DNA of 64,000 bases from Acidimicrobiia bacterium (GTDB lineage: Bacteria; Actinomycetota; Acidimicrobiia; IMCC26256; JADLDD01): positions 16,517 to 80,516 of the forward strand of contig JADLDD010000081.1 in assembly GCA_020846855.1 (NCBI GenBank), read 5' to 3'. Each line of letters starts with the position of its first letter. Within the stretch, counting starts at the first letter, position 1. Shown one piece after another: positions 26,122-36,113 of the stretch. The notes beneath the pieces are model-generated. The model ran no database searches. It saw only the letters and a program-made list of their open reading frames with translations, and was not told where the DNA came from. The position numbers and the translations under genes are program-made.

Positions 26122-27254
26122 ACGGCTCTCCTCCGGAGACGGGACACGGCGACCTCCGCCGCGGCGCGCGCGACCCGGTCGACCTCGAGAACGTCGGAGA
26201 CGTCATCGACGTTCCCGGCCTCCGACTGGAGCACGCCGGCCACGATATCGGGGATCGCGGCCCATCCGATCCGGCCGTCGAGGAAGGCGGCCACCGCCAC
26301 CTCGTTGGCGCCGTTGAGCGCCGCGGGCGCACCCCCGCCGGCCCGCCCCGCCGCATACGCCAGGCCCAGCGCCGGGAACGCCTCCAGGTCGGGAGCCTCG
26401 AAGGTGAGTGACGACAGGCGGGTCCAGTCGATCGCACCGTAGGGGGTGTCGATCCGGTCGGGGGCGGCCAGGGCCAGGCCGATCGGGAGGCGCATGTCGG
26501 GCCGGGAGAGCTGGGCGATGGTCGCCCCGTCGGTGAACTCCACCATCCCGTGGACGATCGACTGCGGGTGCACGACGACGTCGATCCGGTCGTAGTCGAC
26601 ACCGAACAACTCGTGGGCCTCGATCACCTCCAGGCCCTTGTTCATGAGGGTCGACGAGTCGATCGTGATCTTGGCCCCCATCGTCCAGGTGGGGTGGGCG
26701 AGGGCGTCCTCGACGGTCACGTGGGCGAGGTCGGCGCGGCTCCGGCCGCGGAACGGCCCACCGCTGGCCGTCAGCACGATCCGCCCCACCTCGCGGGCCG
26801 CGCCCGAGCGCAGCGCCTGGTACACGGCGGAGTGCTCGGAGTCGACGGGCACGATCTCCCCTCCACCCCGGAGCCGGGCCCGGGCGACCACCGGCCCGCC
26901 GGCGATCAGGCTCTCCTTGTTGGCGAGGGCGAGGCGCGTGCCCGACTCCAGGGCCGCCAGCGTCGCGGGCAGCCCGGCGAAGCCGACCACGCCGTTGAGG
27001 ACGACGTCGGCGTCGGGGTGGGCGGCCATCGCCGCCAACGCCCCGGGATCGGAGCCGCACGCCCGCGCCCACCGGTCGGGGACGCCGAACTCCGCGGCCT
27101 GCGCGGCCAGGAGCGCCTCGTTGCGCCCCGCCGCGAGCCCGACGACGCGGTACCGGCCCGGCTGGGCCCGGATCACGTCGAGCGCCTGCGTCCCGATCGA
27201 ACCCGTCGAGCCGAGGACGACGACCCGGCGCGGCCGCTCGGACCCGTCGCCCAT
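26118..27254 (-). CDS. dxr: 1-deoxy-D-xylulose 5-phosphate reductoisomerase
   Basis: VVVLGSTGSIGTQALDV, LANKESL, VDSEHSA and HPTWTMGAKITIDS. Confidence 0.95.
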   Translation of the reverse strand: MGDGSERPRRVVVLGSTGSIGTQALDVIRAQPGRYRVVGLAAGRNEALLAAQAAEFGVPDRWARACGSDPGALAAMAAHPDADVVLNGVVGFAGLPATLAALESGTRLALANKESLIAGGPVVARARLRGGGEIVPVDSEHSAVYQALRSGAAREVGRIVLTASGGPFRGRSRADLAHVTVEDALAHPTWTMGAKITIDSSTLMNKGLEVIEAHELFGVDYDRIDVVVHPQSIVHGMVEFTDGATIAQLSRPDMRLPIGLALAAPDRIDTPYGAIDWTRLSSLTFEAPDLEAFPALGLAYAAGRAGGGAPAALNGANEVAVAAFLDGRIGWAAIPDIVAGVLQSEAGNVDDVSDVLEVDRVARAAAEVAVSRLRRRAV

Positions 27255-27258
27255 CCGG

Positions 27259-29337
27259 CTACCCGAAGAGGTGCCGGGCCAGGTAGTAGGCGGCGGGCAG
27301 GCAGAACAGGATGGCGTCGAAGCGGTCGAGGACCCCTCCGTGCCCGGGCAGGATGGCGCCGAGGTCCTTGACCCGCAGATCCCGCTTGATCATCGATTCG
27401 CACAGGTCGCCGAGCGGCGCCATCACCGCCACCACCGCGCCGAGGGCGAGCCCACGACCGATGCTGGGCGACCACGGGTGCAGGCCGATCACCGAGCTCG
27501 TGACCACACCCAGCACGACGGCCGCGCACATCCCGCCGATCAGGCCCTCCACCGTCTTGTTGGGCGAGACGGTGGGGGCGAGCCGGGTGCGGCCGAACTG
27601 CGAGCCGATCAGGAACCCGAACACGTCGTAGCCGACGGCGCTGATCGCGAGCCCGAGGATGATCCCCACGCCGTCGGGAAGCGCCAGGATCAGCCCGGCG
27701 AAGCCGCCGAGCACACCCACGTAGCCGAAACCGATCAGCGTGGCCCCGACGTTGACGGTCGGCCGGGCCCGGACCACCTCGATCAGGTACCAGAGGAGCG
27801 TGAACACCACGACCAGGCTCGTGATCAGGGGGAACGCCGCGTCGCCACGCTCGTAGGCGGCGAAGACGAGGCCGACGGAGCCGAGCATCCCGAGGATGGC
27901 GGCGGGCCGGAAGGTGGCCCGCCGCAGCCCCTCGTAGAGCTCGTACGAGGCCACGCCCACGATCACGGCCGCCAGGACGGTGGTGGCGCCGGCACCCAGC
28001 TTCAGGCAGATGAGGGCGACCACGGCCACCGCGATCCCGGTCACGACGCGGGTGGCGAGGTCGGCGCCGTCAGGCGCCGGTTCGGGCGCGAGATCGGTCG
28101 GTTGCGGCCGCCGGGCGCCGACGCGGGGCCCGCCCGACCGCCGCGGCGGCTCAGGGGGCTCCGGTGGGGTCGACGACCCGTCGCGCCGCGCACCGGCGGC
28201 GCCCTGGGGCACCGGCTCCTCGGCGGCGTGGTCGGGGACCTCGACGTGGACGTCGTCGCTAGCGGGAGCCTCGGTCGGGGGCCGCTCCGCCCGGGCGCCC
28301 GGCGGCGCCGACCCGGCGGGCGCGGTCATCTCGGCCCGGGCCGCCGAACGGCTGCGGATCCGGCGGCGGCGCGCCACCTGCTCGGCGAAGGCGGAGTCGT
28401 CGTCGGGGGGCCCGGGCTCGCTGAGGGCACCGAGGTCCTCGGCGTCGTCGTCGGATCCGGGGCCCAGGGCGTCGACGAGGGCGGCCTCGTCGTCGTCCCA
28501 GTCGCCGGCCCGGCTGCGAAAGCGCGGCTCGCCACCGGCCAGCGCGGCCCACGCGGCGAAGTCCTCTTCGTCGGTCATGTCGACCGGCTCCGCCTCGGGG
28601 AGGATCCGGGGGACCTCTCCGGTGGGCGGCTCGGTCCAGTGCGGGAGGGGCATCGGCGCCGATTGCTCTGCGCTCACGTCGTCGGCCGCCGCCGCGTCGC
28701 GCCCGGCGGGGGCGGGATCGGCTCCCGAGGCGCCGGGCCCGCCGGGCTCTCCGTCGCCGTGGAGCACTATCTCGAGCGAGTCGTCGGAGATCAGGTCGTC
28801 GGGAGACTCGATCTCGAGCGCCGCTTCGTCGGGCGCGCCGCCGGGATCAGCCCCGACCTCCGTCTCGGGCGGGTCGAAGAGGGCACCGGTAGGCGACTCC
28901 GAGCCGGGGCCGCGCTCGGCGCCGGCGGCCGACGGCGGACCCGGCGGGCGGTCCGCCCCAGGGGAGGGAGGCGGTACCGCCGAGGGCGAGGCCACCCTCG
29001 GCACCACCGGGCGGGCCGCGGTGTCGTCGCCGGCGCGGGCCGGCACCGCGGGCGACGGGAACCGGGCGGCCGGGCGGACCGAGGGGTCGGGACGCGGAGG
29101 AACGTCGCCGAAGCGCATCTCGCTCTCGGACTTGCGGGGGCTGGCGTGGCCGGTGTCGATCGCCGCCTGGGCCTCCTCGGCCCCGATGATCCTGACGCCC
29201 TCGGGCATCGACGGCGGCGACGAAGCCGCTCGCGGGGGACCCTCGGGCTCGTCGATCCCCGGATCGTGCTCCGGGTCGTGATCCGGGTCGTCGCGCCAGC
29301 GGTCGGCCGGGACGTCGGTGTCGTGTCCGTCGGTCAC
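27259..29337 (-). CDS. cdsA: Phosphatidate cytidylyltransferase with a ~400 aa acidic/Pro-rich N-terminal extension
   Basis: The C-terminal ~280 aa are multi-TM CdsA (SPNKTVEG, GDLCESMIKRDLRVKDLGAILPGHGGVLDRFD). The N-terminal part is a continuous ORF with high GC3 that starts 19 nt after the frr stop. Confidence 0.85.
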   Translation of the reverse strand: MTDGHDTDVPADRWRDDPDHDPEHDPGIDEPEGPPRAASSPPSMPEGVRIIGAEEAQAAIDTGHASPRKSESEMRFGDVPPRPDPSVRPAARFPSPAVPARAGDDTAARPVVPRVASPSAVPPPSPGADRPPGPPSAAGAERGPGSESPTGALFDPPETEVGADPGGAPDEAALEIESPDDLISDDSLEIVLHGDGEPGGPGASGADPAPAGRDAAAADDVSAEQSAPMPLPHWTEPPTGEVPRILPEAEPVDMTDEEDFAAWAALAGGEPRFRSRAGDWDDDEAALVDALGPGSDDDAEDLGALSEPGPPDDDSAFAEQVARRRRIRSRSAARAEMTAPAGSAPPGARAERPPTEAPASDDVHVEVPDHAAEEPVPQGAAGARRDGSSTPPEPPEPPRRSGGPRVGARRPQPTDLAPEPAPDGADLATRVVTGIAVAVVALICLKLGAGATTVLAAVIVGVASYELYEGLRRATFRPAAILGMLGSVGLVFAAYERGDAAFPLITSLVVVFTLLWYLIEVVRARPTVNVGATLIGFGYVGVLGGFAGLILALPDGVGIILGLAISAVGYDVFGFLIGSQFGRTRLAPTVSPNKTVEGLIGGMCAAVVLGVVTSSVIGLHPWSPSIGRGLALGAVVAVMAPLGDLCESMIKRDLRVKDLGAILPGHGGVLDRFDAILFCLPAAYYLARHLFG

Positions 29338-29356
29338 TTGGTCCTCCCCGGTGGCG

Positions 29357-29914
29357 TCATACCTCGAGCAGCTCGTGCTCTTTGTTGGCGAGGAGCTGGT
29401 CGATCTCGGCCACCGCCTCGTGGGTCGCCTTCTCGAGGTCCTTCTCGCTGCGATCCAGCTCCTCCTGGGAGATCTCCTTGGCCCGCTCGAGGTCCTCCAG
29501 GTCGCGGCGGGCCTGGCGGCGGATGTTGCGGACCGCGACGCGGCCCTCCTCGGCGAGGTGCTTCACCACCTTCACGAGCTCCTTGCGACGATCCTCGGTG
29601 AGCACCGGGAACGCGAGGCGGATCACCTGCCCGTCGTTGGACGGGTTGATCCCGAGGTCGCTGCCCTGGATCGCCTTCTCGATGGCCCCGATCGCGCCCT
29701 TGTCGTACGGGGCGACCACCAGCACGCGGGGCTCGGGCACGCTGAAGCCCGCGAGCTGCTGGAGTGGCACCTCGGTCCCGTAGTAGTCGACGCGGAGCTT
29801 CTCGACCAGCCCCGGCGCGGCTCGCCCGGTCCGGACCCCGCCGAAGCCCTCCTGGAGGTGGACCACCGCCTTCGCCATCTTCTCGCGGCACCCGGCCAGG
29901 ACTTCGTCGATCAT
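29357..29914 (-). CDS. frr: Ribosome recycling factor
   Basis: 185 aa, with [32 protein letters not shown] and the typical C-terminal coiled helices. Confidence 0.95.
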   Translation of the reverse strand: MIDEVLAGCREKMAKAVVHLQEGFGGVRTGRAAPGLVEKLRVDYYGTEVPLQQLAGFSVPEPRVLVVAPYDKGAIGAIEKAIQGSDLGINPSNDGQVIRLAFPVLTEDRRKELVKVVKHLAEEGRVAVRNIRRQARRDLEDLERAKEISQEELDRSEKDLEKATHEAVAEIDQLLANKEHELLEV

Positions 29915-30651
29915 GAGGCCTCCTCCGATCGGACGAGCGTACCGATCCGATCCCCGACCAGGGCGCGGTGGATGTTCCCCGGCGCGGTCACGTCGAAGAC
30001 GATGATGGGCAGGTCGTTGTCCATGCAGAAGGTAATGGCCGTGGAGTCCATCACCTTGAGACCGCGGTTCAGGACCTCGAAGTGGCTGACCTCGGCGAGC
30101 TTCACCGCCTCGGGATCGAGGCGCGGGTCGGCGCTGTAGACGCCGTCGACGCCGGAGTGGGTGCCCTTCAGGATCGCCTCGGCCCCGATCTCGGCCGCCC
30201 GCAGCGCGGCAGTGGTGTCGGTGGTGAAGTACGGGTTGCCCGTCCCGGCCGCGAAGACCACCACGCGCCCCTTGTCGAGGTGGCGCAGCGCCCGCAACGG
30301 GATGTACGGCTCCGCCACATGCGACATGTGGATCGCGGTCTGGACCCGCGTCGGCTGGCCCAGGGCCTCGAGGGCGTCCTGGAGGGCGAGGGCGTTGATC
30401 ACGGTGGCGAGCATGCCCATGTAGTCGGCGCGGGCGCGGTCCATTCCCCGGGTGGCGCCGCTCATGCCGCGGAAGATGTTCCCGCCGCCCACCACGACGG
30501 CGATCTCGACCCCGAGCCCGGCGCGGGCGTCGGCGACCTCCTGGGCGATGCGGCCCACGACCGCGCTGTCGATCCCGAAGTTCAGCGTGGCGTCGGCGAA
30601 CGCCTCTCCCGAGAGCTTCAGCACCACACGGCGGTACCGGCTCTCGCCCAT
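29911..30651 (-). CDS. pyrH: UMP kinase
   Basis: [44 protein letters not shown]. Confidence 0.95.
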   Translation of the reverse strand: MGESRYRRVVLKLSGEAFADATLNFGIDSAVVGRIAQEVADARAGLGVEIAVVVGGGNIFRGMSGATRGMDRARADYMGMLATVINALALQDALEALGQPTRVQTAIHMSHVAEPYIPLRALRHLDKGRVVVFAAGTGNPYFTTDTTAALRAAEIGAEAILKGTHSGVDGVYSADPRLDPEAVKLAEVSHFEVLNRGLKVMDSTAITFCMDNDLPIIVFDVTAPGNIHRALVGDRIGTLVRSEEAS

Positions 30652-30668
30652 CGGCGCCCCTTCCGTGG

Positions 30669-31514
30669 TCAGGCCTCGCCGACCTTCACCCGGGCGAAGC
30701 GCCGGATCTCGGCGCCCTTGCCGAGGCTCTCGACCAGCGACGCGACGGTCGTCTTCGGGTCGCGCACGAACCCCTGCTCGAGCAGGACGTTGTCCTTGTA
30801 GAAGCCCTTCAGCCGGCCCTCGACGATCTTGGGGACCTGGGCTTCGGGCTTGCCCTCGTTGCGGGTGAGCTCCTCGAGCAGGGCCCGTTCCTTGTCGAGG
30901 GCGTCGGCCGGGACGTCGTCGCGGGCGAGGAAGCGCGGGGCCGCGCTGGCGATGTGCAGGGCGATGTCGTGGACGACCTCCACGGCGCGGGGATCGGCGG
31001 GGTCGATCCCACCGATCTCGACCAGCACACCGATCGTGCCCCGGCCGTTCTGCACGTGCCGGTAGCCGTCGACGAGGCCGTCGGTGGTCTCGAAGCACTC
31101 GACGCGCCCCAGCTCGATCCGTTCGCCGAGCTTGGCGGCGAGCGCCTCGACGGCCTCGCCGACGGTGGTGCCCTCGAAGGCCTGGGCGGCGACGTCGGCG
31201 GCTCCCTGGCGCGATACCTGGGCCGCCAGGGCGTCGAGGAAGCCGGCGAAGTCGGGGCCCTTGGCCACGAAGTCGGTCTCGCAGGTCATCTCGACCAGCA
31301 CGCCGACCCCGCCGTCGACGACCACCGCGACGGCGCCGTCGGCCGCGGTGCGGGTGGCCCGCTTCGCCGCGCCGGCGAGGCCCTTCTTGCGCAGCCAGTC
31401 CTTGGCGGCCTCCATGTCGCCGGCGGTCTCCTGGAGCGCCTTCTTGCAGTCCATCATGCCCGCGCCCGTCGCCTTGCGCAGCGCCGCGACGTCCTGGGCT
31501 CCGAAATCGGCCAT
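30669..31514 (-). CDS. tsf: Elongation factor Ts
   Basis: [29 protein letters not shown]...; CETDFVAK. Confidence 0.95.
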   Translation of the reverse strand: MADFGAQDVAALRKATGAGMMDCKKALQETAGDMEAAKDWLRKKGLAGAAKRATRTAADGAVAVVVDGGVGVLVEMTCETDFVAKGPDFAGFLDALAAQVSRQGAADVAAQAFEGTTVGEAVEALAAKLGERIELGRVECFETTDGLVDGYRHVQNGRGTIGVLVEIGGIDPADPRAVEVVHDIALHIASAAPRFLARDDVPADALDKERALLEELTRNEGKPEAQVPKIVEGRLKGFYKDNVLLEQGFVRDPKTTVASLVESLGKGAEIRRFARVKVGEA

Positions 31515-31521
31515 CGTCGGT

Positions 31522-32493
31522 TCAGTCCTCGGTCGGGGCAGTCGCGTCGGCGGGGACCGCCGTGGCGTCGGCGGGTTCGGGCTCGGCACCGGCCTCGGCC
31601 TCGGCCTCGGCCTCGGGTGCCGCTGCGGGCTCGGCGGCCTTGGTGCGCTTCGACGCGGCGAGGCGCTCCTCCCGGGCCCGCTGGGCCATCGCGGCCTCGG
31701 CCCGGGCCCGGGCCTGCTGCTCGGCGTGGCGCCGCGCCGTCTCGGGGTCGGGGGGCGGCTTCGGGGCGACCTCGGCCTCCTGGGTGCCCGCGCGGGCGTT
31801 CTTCTTGCGGGCGAGGAAGCGGCCCTCCTCGCAGGCGTCGGCCACGACCCGGCACATCAACGCCGCCGACCGGATGGCGTCGTCGTTCCCGGGGATCACG
31901 TAGTCGATGAGGTCGGGGTCGCAGTTCGTGTCGACGACCGCGACGACCGGGATCCCGAGCCGGTTGGCCTCGGTCACCGCGATGTGCTCCTTCTTCGTGT
32001 CGACGACGAACACGGCCGACGGCACCTTCTCGAGGTTGCGGATGCCACCCAGGTTCCGCTCGAGCTTGGCGAGGTCGCGCTGGACCCGCAGCCCCTCCTT
32101 CTTGGGCATCTGCTCGACCTCGCCGCTCTTGACGATGCGCTCGAGCTCCCGCAGCTTGGCGACGCGCGCGTGCACGGTCTGGAAGTTCGTGAGCATCCCC
32201 CCGAGCCAGCGGAAGTTCACGTAGGGCTGGCCGGACCGCTGGGCGTTCGACTCCACGGCCTCCTGGGCCTGGCGCTTCGTACCGACGAAGAGGACCGAGC
32301 CGCCGTCCTCCACCGTCCGGCGCAGGAACCGGTACGCGGTGTCGATCCGCTGGAGCGTCTGCTCGAGATCGATGATGTAGATCCCGTTGCGCTCCCCGAA
32401 GATGAACCTCCGCATCTTCGGGTCCCAGCGGCGGGTCTGGTGCCCGAAGTGGACCCCGGCCTCCAGGAGCTGCTTCATGGTGACGACAGCCAC
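31522..32493 (-). CDS. rpsB: 30S ribosomal protein S2 (Ala/Glu/Pro-rich C-terminal tail)
   Basis: (V)[29 protein letters not shown] 32493 with GGGAGA upstream. Confidence 0.95.
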   Translation of the reverse strand: MAVVTMKQLLEAGVHFGHQTRRWDPKMRRFIFGERNGIYIIDLEQTLQRIDTAYRFLRRTVEDGGSVLFVGTKRQAQEAVESNAQRSGQPYVNFRWLGGMLTNFQTVHARVAKLRELERIVKSGEVEQMPKKEGLRVQRDLAKLERNLGGIRNLEKVPSAVFVVDTKKEHIAVTEANRLGIPVVAVVDTNCDPDLIDYVIPGNDDAIRSAALMCRVVADACEEGRFLARKKNARAGTQEAEVAPKPPPDPETARRHAEQQARARAEAAMAQRAREERLAASKRTKAAEPAAAPEAEAEAEAGAEPEPADATAVPADATAPTED

Positions 32494-32693
32494 TTGTTGA
32501 TCTCCCTCGGTTGAGTACTTCCGCCCGTGCGCGCGCCTCTCGGAGGCGACCTCGGGTGACGGGCGTGCAGGATGACGACACGTGTCGGCACCGGCTGGGC
32601 CGGCCCGGCGAGTGTACCGCCCGACCCGGCCGGCCCGCCCAACGCCTGACGCCCCGGAACGGGCCCCGCACCCGGCCGCGGCAACCGGTCGGA

Positions 32694-33944
32694 TCACCGC
32701 AGCGGCCGGGAATCCACCCGAGCCGGATCGACCCAGCGCCAGCCCGCCACGAAGCTCCGACCGGACCGGGCCGGCCCCACCGCCACGCCCCGGGGGAGCA
32801 CCTCGACGACCCGCCCGCCCGTCGCGCTCACGACCACGAGCGTCGACGCCGCCAGCGGCACCACGATCTCCGTGGCCCCGACCACCGGAGACCCGAGGAC
32901 CGCGACGTCGGCGGAGGCGAGGCGGCTCTCCCACCGGCGCCGGCCGGTGGAGGGGTCGACGAGCGCCACCGTGCCCGTCTCCCCCGCCACGACCACGCCG
33001 GCCGGACCGACACCGGGCGCGGCCGACTCCTGGACCGGCGAGGCGACCGGGACCCCCCACGCGACCTCGCCGTCGCCGGCGTGGTACGCCCGCAGCGCCG
33101 CGCGCCCCGCCGCCCACTCGACCACGAACACGAGGTCGCCGGCGGTCGCGGGCCGGCTGCGCCGGGGCCCGGGGCGCTCCCAGAGCACCGAGCCGTCGGA
33201 GGGGTCGACGGCACGAAGCACCGAACCGGAGGGATCGGACGGGACCCGGCTCCAGCCGCCGACGGCGACCCGGCCGCCGTCGGCGGCCACGAGCGGCCCG
33301 ACGGGACGCCCGGCAAAGGACGCGGCCCAGCGGGCCTCGCCGGTCGAGGCTTCGAGGCCCACGAGCCGGCCGGATCCCATGGAGACCGAGAACGCGGTGA
33401 CCAGGGCGGCACCGCGGCCCGCCGGTCGGCCCGGGGCCGGCGGCGCCAGGGGCGCCGGTAGAACGGCCGGATGGACGATCTCACCTCCCGGGCGGGACTC
33501 CCAGAGCACCTGCCCGTCGGAGCGGTCGAGAGCCACCAGGCGCCGACCGCCGGCGACGATCACGAGCGTGTCCGGCCCGAGCGCCACGGCCTCGGGGTCG
33601 TGCATCGGGTCGCGGTGCACCCAGCGCTCCGAGCCCGACGACGGGTCGAGGTGGGTCACGCCGTCGAAGAGGGCCACGGCCACCCCTCGAGCGTCGGCGA
33701 CGACCCCGAGCGGCCAGTCGCGGACGGTCGCCGACCACCGGACCGGCCGCGGGCGGCGGCGCGGCGCCGACCCGGCGTGGGCACCGCGGCTTCGGGAGCC
33801 CCGCGACTCCCGGCGGGGAGCCGCGCAGCCGACGGACACCGCGGCGGCGGTCGCGACCGCGACGACGGCGAGCACCCACCGTCGTGCGGGGACCCGGCAC
33901 GGGCAAGGACTCGGGCGGTGCGGACCGGGGGCGGCGGAGCGCAT
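32694..33944 (-). CDS. PQQ-like beta-propeller repeat protein, probably secreted or lipoprotein
   Basis: Repeated ...D..G...W motifs ([56 protein letters not shown]). N-terminal hydrophobic segment ending VSVGC. Start chosen at MRSAAPG (33944). Confidence 0.75.
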   Translation of the reverse strand: MRSAAPGPHRPSPCPCRVPARRWVLAVVAVATAAAVSVGCAAPRRESRGSRSRGAHAGSAPRRRPRPVRWSATVRDWPLGVVADARGVAVALFDGVTHLDPSSGSERWVHRDPMHDPEAVALGPDTLVIVAGGRRLVALDRSDGQVLWESRPGGEIVHPAVLPAPLAPPAPGRPAGRGAALVTAFSVSMGSGRLVGLEASTGEARWAASFAGRPVGPLVAADGGRVAVGGWSRVPSDPSGSVLRAVDPSDGSVLWERPGPRRSRPATAGDLVFVVEWAAGRAALRAYHAGDGEVAWGVPVASPVQESAAPGVGPAGVVVAGETGTVALVDPSTGRRRWESRLASADVAVLGSPVVGATEIVVPLAASTLVVVSATGGRVVEVLPRGVAVGPARSGRSFVAGWRWVDPARVDSRPLR

Positions 33945-34051
33945 GCGGGTCCTCCTCTCGGGAACGACGACCGGGGCGGTGACGGGTACGGCGACGGGTA
34001 CGGCGACGGGGAGAGAGCGGTGGAGGGGGGAGTCGGAGCCGGGCACGAGCG

Positions 34052-35941
34052 TCACCGGGGCACGAGCCTCCGGGCTCCGGCGGCCGTCGCGTCGGCCACG
34101 GCGCCGGCCGCCTGGCCGACCCGGCCGAGGGTGTGCTCCACGCGGGTGATGACCACCGGCTCGACGGCCTGGCGGATCCCCGCGACCAGCCCCACGCACG
34201 GCGGCGGTCGCCCCTCGAGAGCGAGCCGGGCGGCGGCGAGCGACCGGTGGTCGCGGGTGATGTTGGAGTGGTCGTTGAAGCCCGCCGGGTCGACGGTGAC
34301 GTTCGTGCCGCCTGGGAACGCCGTCGCGGTGGCCGGCACGACGACGTCGTCGGGGGCGGCGATCGACGTGACGTCGAGGTGCTCGGGGAGCTCCGCCGCC
34401 GCGAGCGCCCGCATGGCCGGCGATCGCTCCGAGAGGTCGGCGACCGCCGCGCTCGACGGGTCGGGGAGGCCGCCGGCCCGGCGGCTCAGGACCTCCAGCG
34501 CGGCGCGGCCGCTCGCCGTGGACCGGATCCGGTCGATCGCGGTGGCGAGGGGGGCGCCCCGGTGCGGCGAGGCGAGGGTCACGACGGTCCCGATCGGCGG
34601 GTAGGTCGGATCGGCGGCGGAGTAGACCCGGGCGAGGAAGAGGTCGACGACGACCCCGCCCTGGCTGTGGGCGATCAGGTCCACCTCGCGACCGGGCTCG
34701 GCCGCCTGGCGGGCCCGGAGCTGCTCACCGAGGGCGATCGCGGCGCGCACCAGGTCCCGCCCGGTGTCGTCGGGGGTGTAGCTGCCGCCGTCGGCGGCGT
34801 AGGAGTACCAGTGGACCTCGTCGGACCGATATCCGAGGAGCTCCGGGTCGAGGTCGACGGTCCGCCCGTCGGGCCCGGTCCGGCTCCCGATGCCGGCCAC
34901 CACCATCGCCGTGTGCCCCGATCCGCCGGTGCCGTCGAGAGGGGGCGGGCGCAGCGTGCAGTTCCCCCGGCTCCGGGCCCAGGCCACGAGCCGCTGCCCG
35001 ACCGTGAGGAGGTCGGCGGTGACGGCGGCCAGGGCGGACGCGTCCCACGCCCGGCGGCCGAGCGCGGCGGCGCGCGCCACGAAGGCCCCGGCGTCGGCGG
35101 CGAGGCGGCGGCCGAGGCCGGCCAGGTCGCCCGACACCGCCCCCGCCAGCGCGATCGCCCCGTCGCGCAGGGCCGAGAGGGTGCCGGTGGCGGCGCCGAG
35201 AGCCGTTCCGGCCGCGCGGGTGGCGGCCCCGGCACCCCCGGCGAGGGCGCGGCCGGCGCCGGCGATGAGGCCCAGACCCCGCGCGAGGGCATGGCGCTCG
35301 GCCCCCGCCGACGGCGGCCGCGCGGTACCGGCACCCCGCACGGGCGCGAGGTGGACGAGGGCGGCCAGGTCGGGGGGACCGAAGAGGGCAGCCGGATCGA
35401 CGTAGCGCTCCCCCACCCGCAGGCCGAGGTGCAGCACCCCGGGGATGTGGCCGGGCCCCGCCGCTCCGCCGGCCCGGCCGACCACCGCGCCCATGCCCAC
35501 TGGATCGCCGCGCCGGACCGACACCGCCGAGAGGAAGGAGTACGAGGTCCGTAGCCCGCCGGGGTGGGCGACGACCACGTGGAGCGTGCCCGCCACCGAC
35601 CCCGCGAAGGTGACCCGGCCGGCACCCGCGGCGACGACCGCCTCCCCGGGCCGGGCCGCGAGGTCGGCACCCCGGTGCCCGGCCCCGAACGGGCCGTTCG
35701 GAGCCCGGAAGGGTTCGGTGACCGGGCCGGGCACGGGCCTGACCCAGCGCCCTCGGGGGCCGCCGGGCGCGTGGTCACGCCCGGCGGGCGACGCGAGCGC
35801 GTGGAGAGGCGCCGGCGCCACGAGAGCCGGGCCGCCGGCCGCGGCGACCGCCGCCGCGAGGAGGGCTGACGCCACGCGTGGGAAGCGGGCGAAGGGGCGC
35901 GCGCGGTGGCGACGCGTGGAGCGGTGGACGGAACGACCCAT
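34052..35941 (-). CDS. Secreted M23 metallopeptidase fused to a C-terminal alpha/beta-hydrolase (lipase/esterase-like) domain
   Basis: The N-terminal half has M23 motifs (GHRGADLAA...HVVVAHPGGLRTSY...HLGLRVGERYVDP). The C-terminal half has the nucleophile elbow IAHSQGG and a lipase-like fold signature. An Ala/Gly-rich linker joins them. Confidence 0.8.
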   Translation of the reverse strand: MGRSVHRSTRRHRARPFARFPRVASALLAAAVAAAGGPALVAPAPLHALASPAGRDHAPGGPRGRWVRPVPGPVTEPFRAPNGPFGAGHRGADLAARPGEAVVAAGAGRVTFAGSVAGTLHVVVAHPGGLRTSYSFLSAVSVRRGDPVGMGAVVGRAGGAAGPGHIPGVLHLGLRVGERYVDPAALFGPPDLAALVHLAPVRGAGTARPPSAGAERHALARGLGLIAGAGRALAGGAGAATRAAGTALGAATGTLSALRDGAIALAGAVSGDLAGLGRRLAADAGAFVARAAALGRRAWDASALAAVTADLLTVGQRLVAWARSRGNCTLRPPPLDGTGGSGHTAMVVAGIGSRTGPDGRTVDLDPELLGYRSDEVHWYSYAADGGSYTPDDTGRDLVRAAIALGEQLRARQAAEPGREVDLIAHSQGGVVVDLFLARVYSAADPTYPPIGTVVTLASPHRGAPLATAIDRIRSTASGRAALEVLSRRAGGLPDPSSAAVADLSERSPAMRALAAAELPEHLDVTSIAAPDDVVVPATATAFPGGTNVTVDPAGFNDHSNITRDHRSLAAARLALEGRPPPCVGLVAGIRQAVEPVVITRVEHTLGRVGQAAGAVADATAAGARRLVPR

Positions 35942-36042
35942 GGGCTCCCCCTGTGGTCGGAGACGGCACGACGGAGGGGGAAGACGGGGAAGGGCCCGGA
36001 CAGTAGCGCGCGGTCACGACGTCGGCCACCGGCCGGGGCTCA

Positions 36043-36102
36043 ACGGGCCGACGGGCCGGGCGGACGGGCCGGGCGGACGGGCTAGGCGGACGGGCCGGTG
36101 CC
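36043..36102. repeat. 13 bp tandem array (acgggccgggcgg x ~4, slightly degenerate)
   Basis: Units at 36051-63, 36064-76, 36077-89 and 36090-102, plus a partial unit at 36043-50. Lies between the whiG stop and the M23 gene start. Confidence 0.85.
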
Positions 36103-36113
36103 GGCCGCCCGGT

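Noticed and set aside
36043-36102. CRISPR array hypothesis for the 12-14 bp tandem arrays (also 38079-38150, 42654-42687, 53609-53647, 60834-60885)
   Set aside because: The units are contiguous with no spacers. They are far shorter than CRISPR repeats, and there are no cas genes in the window.
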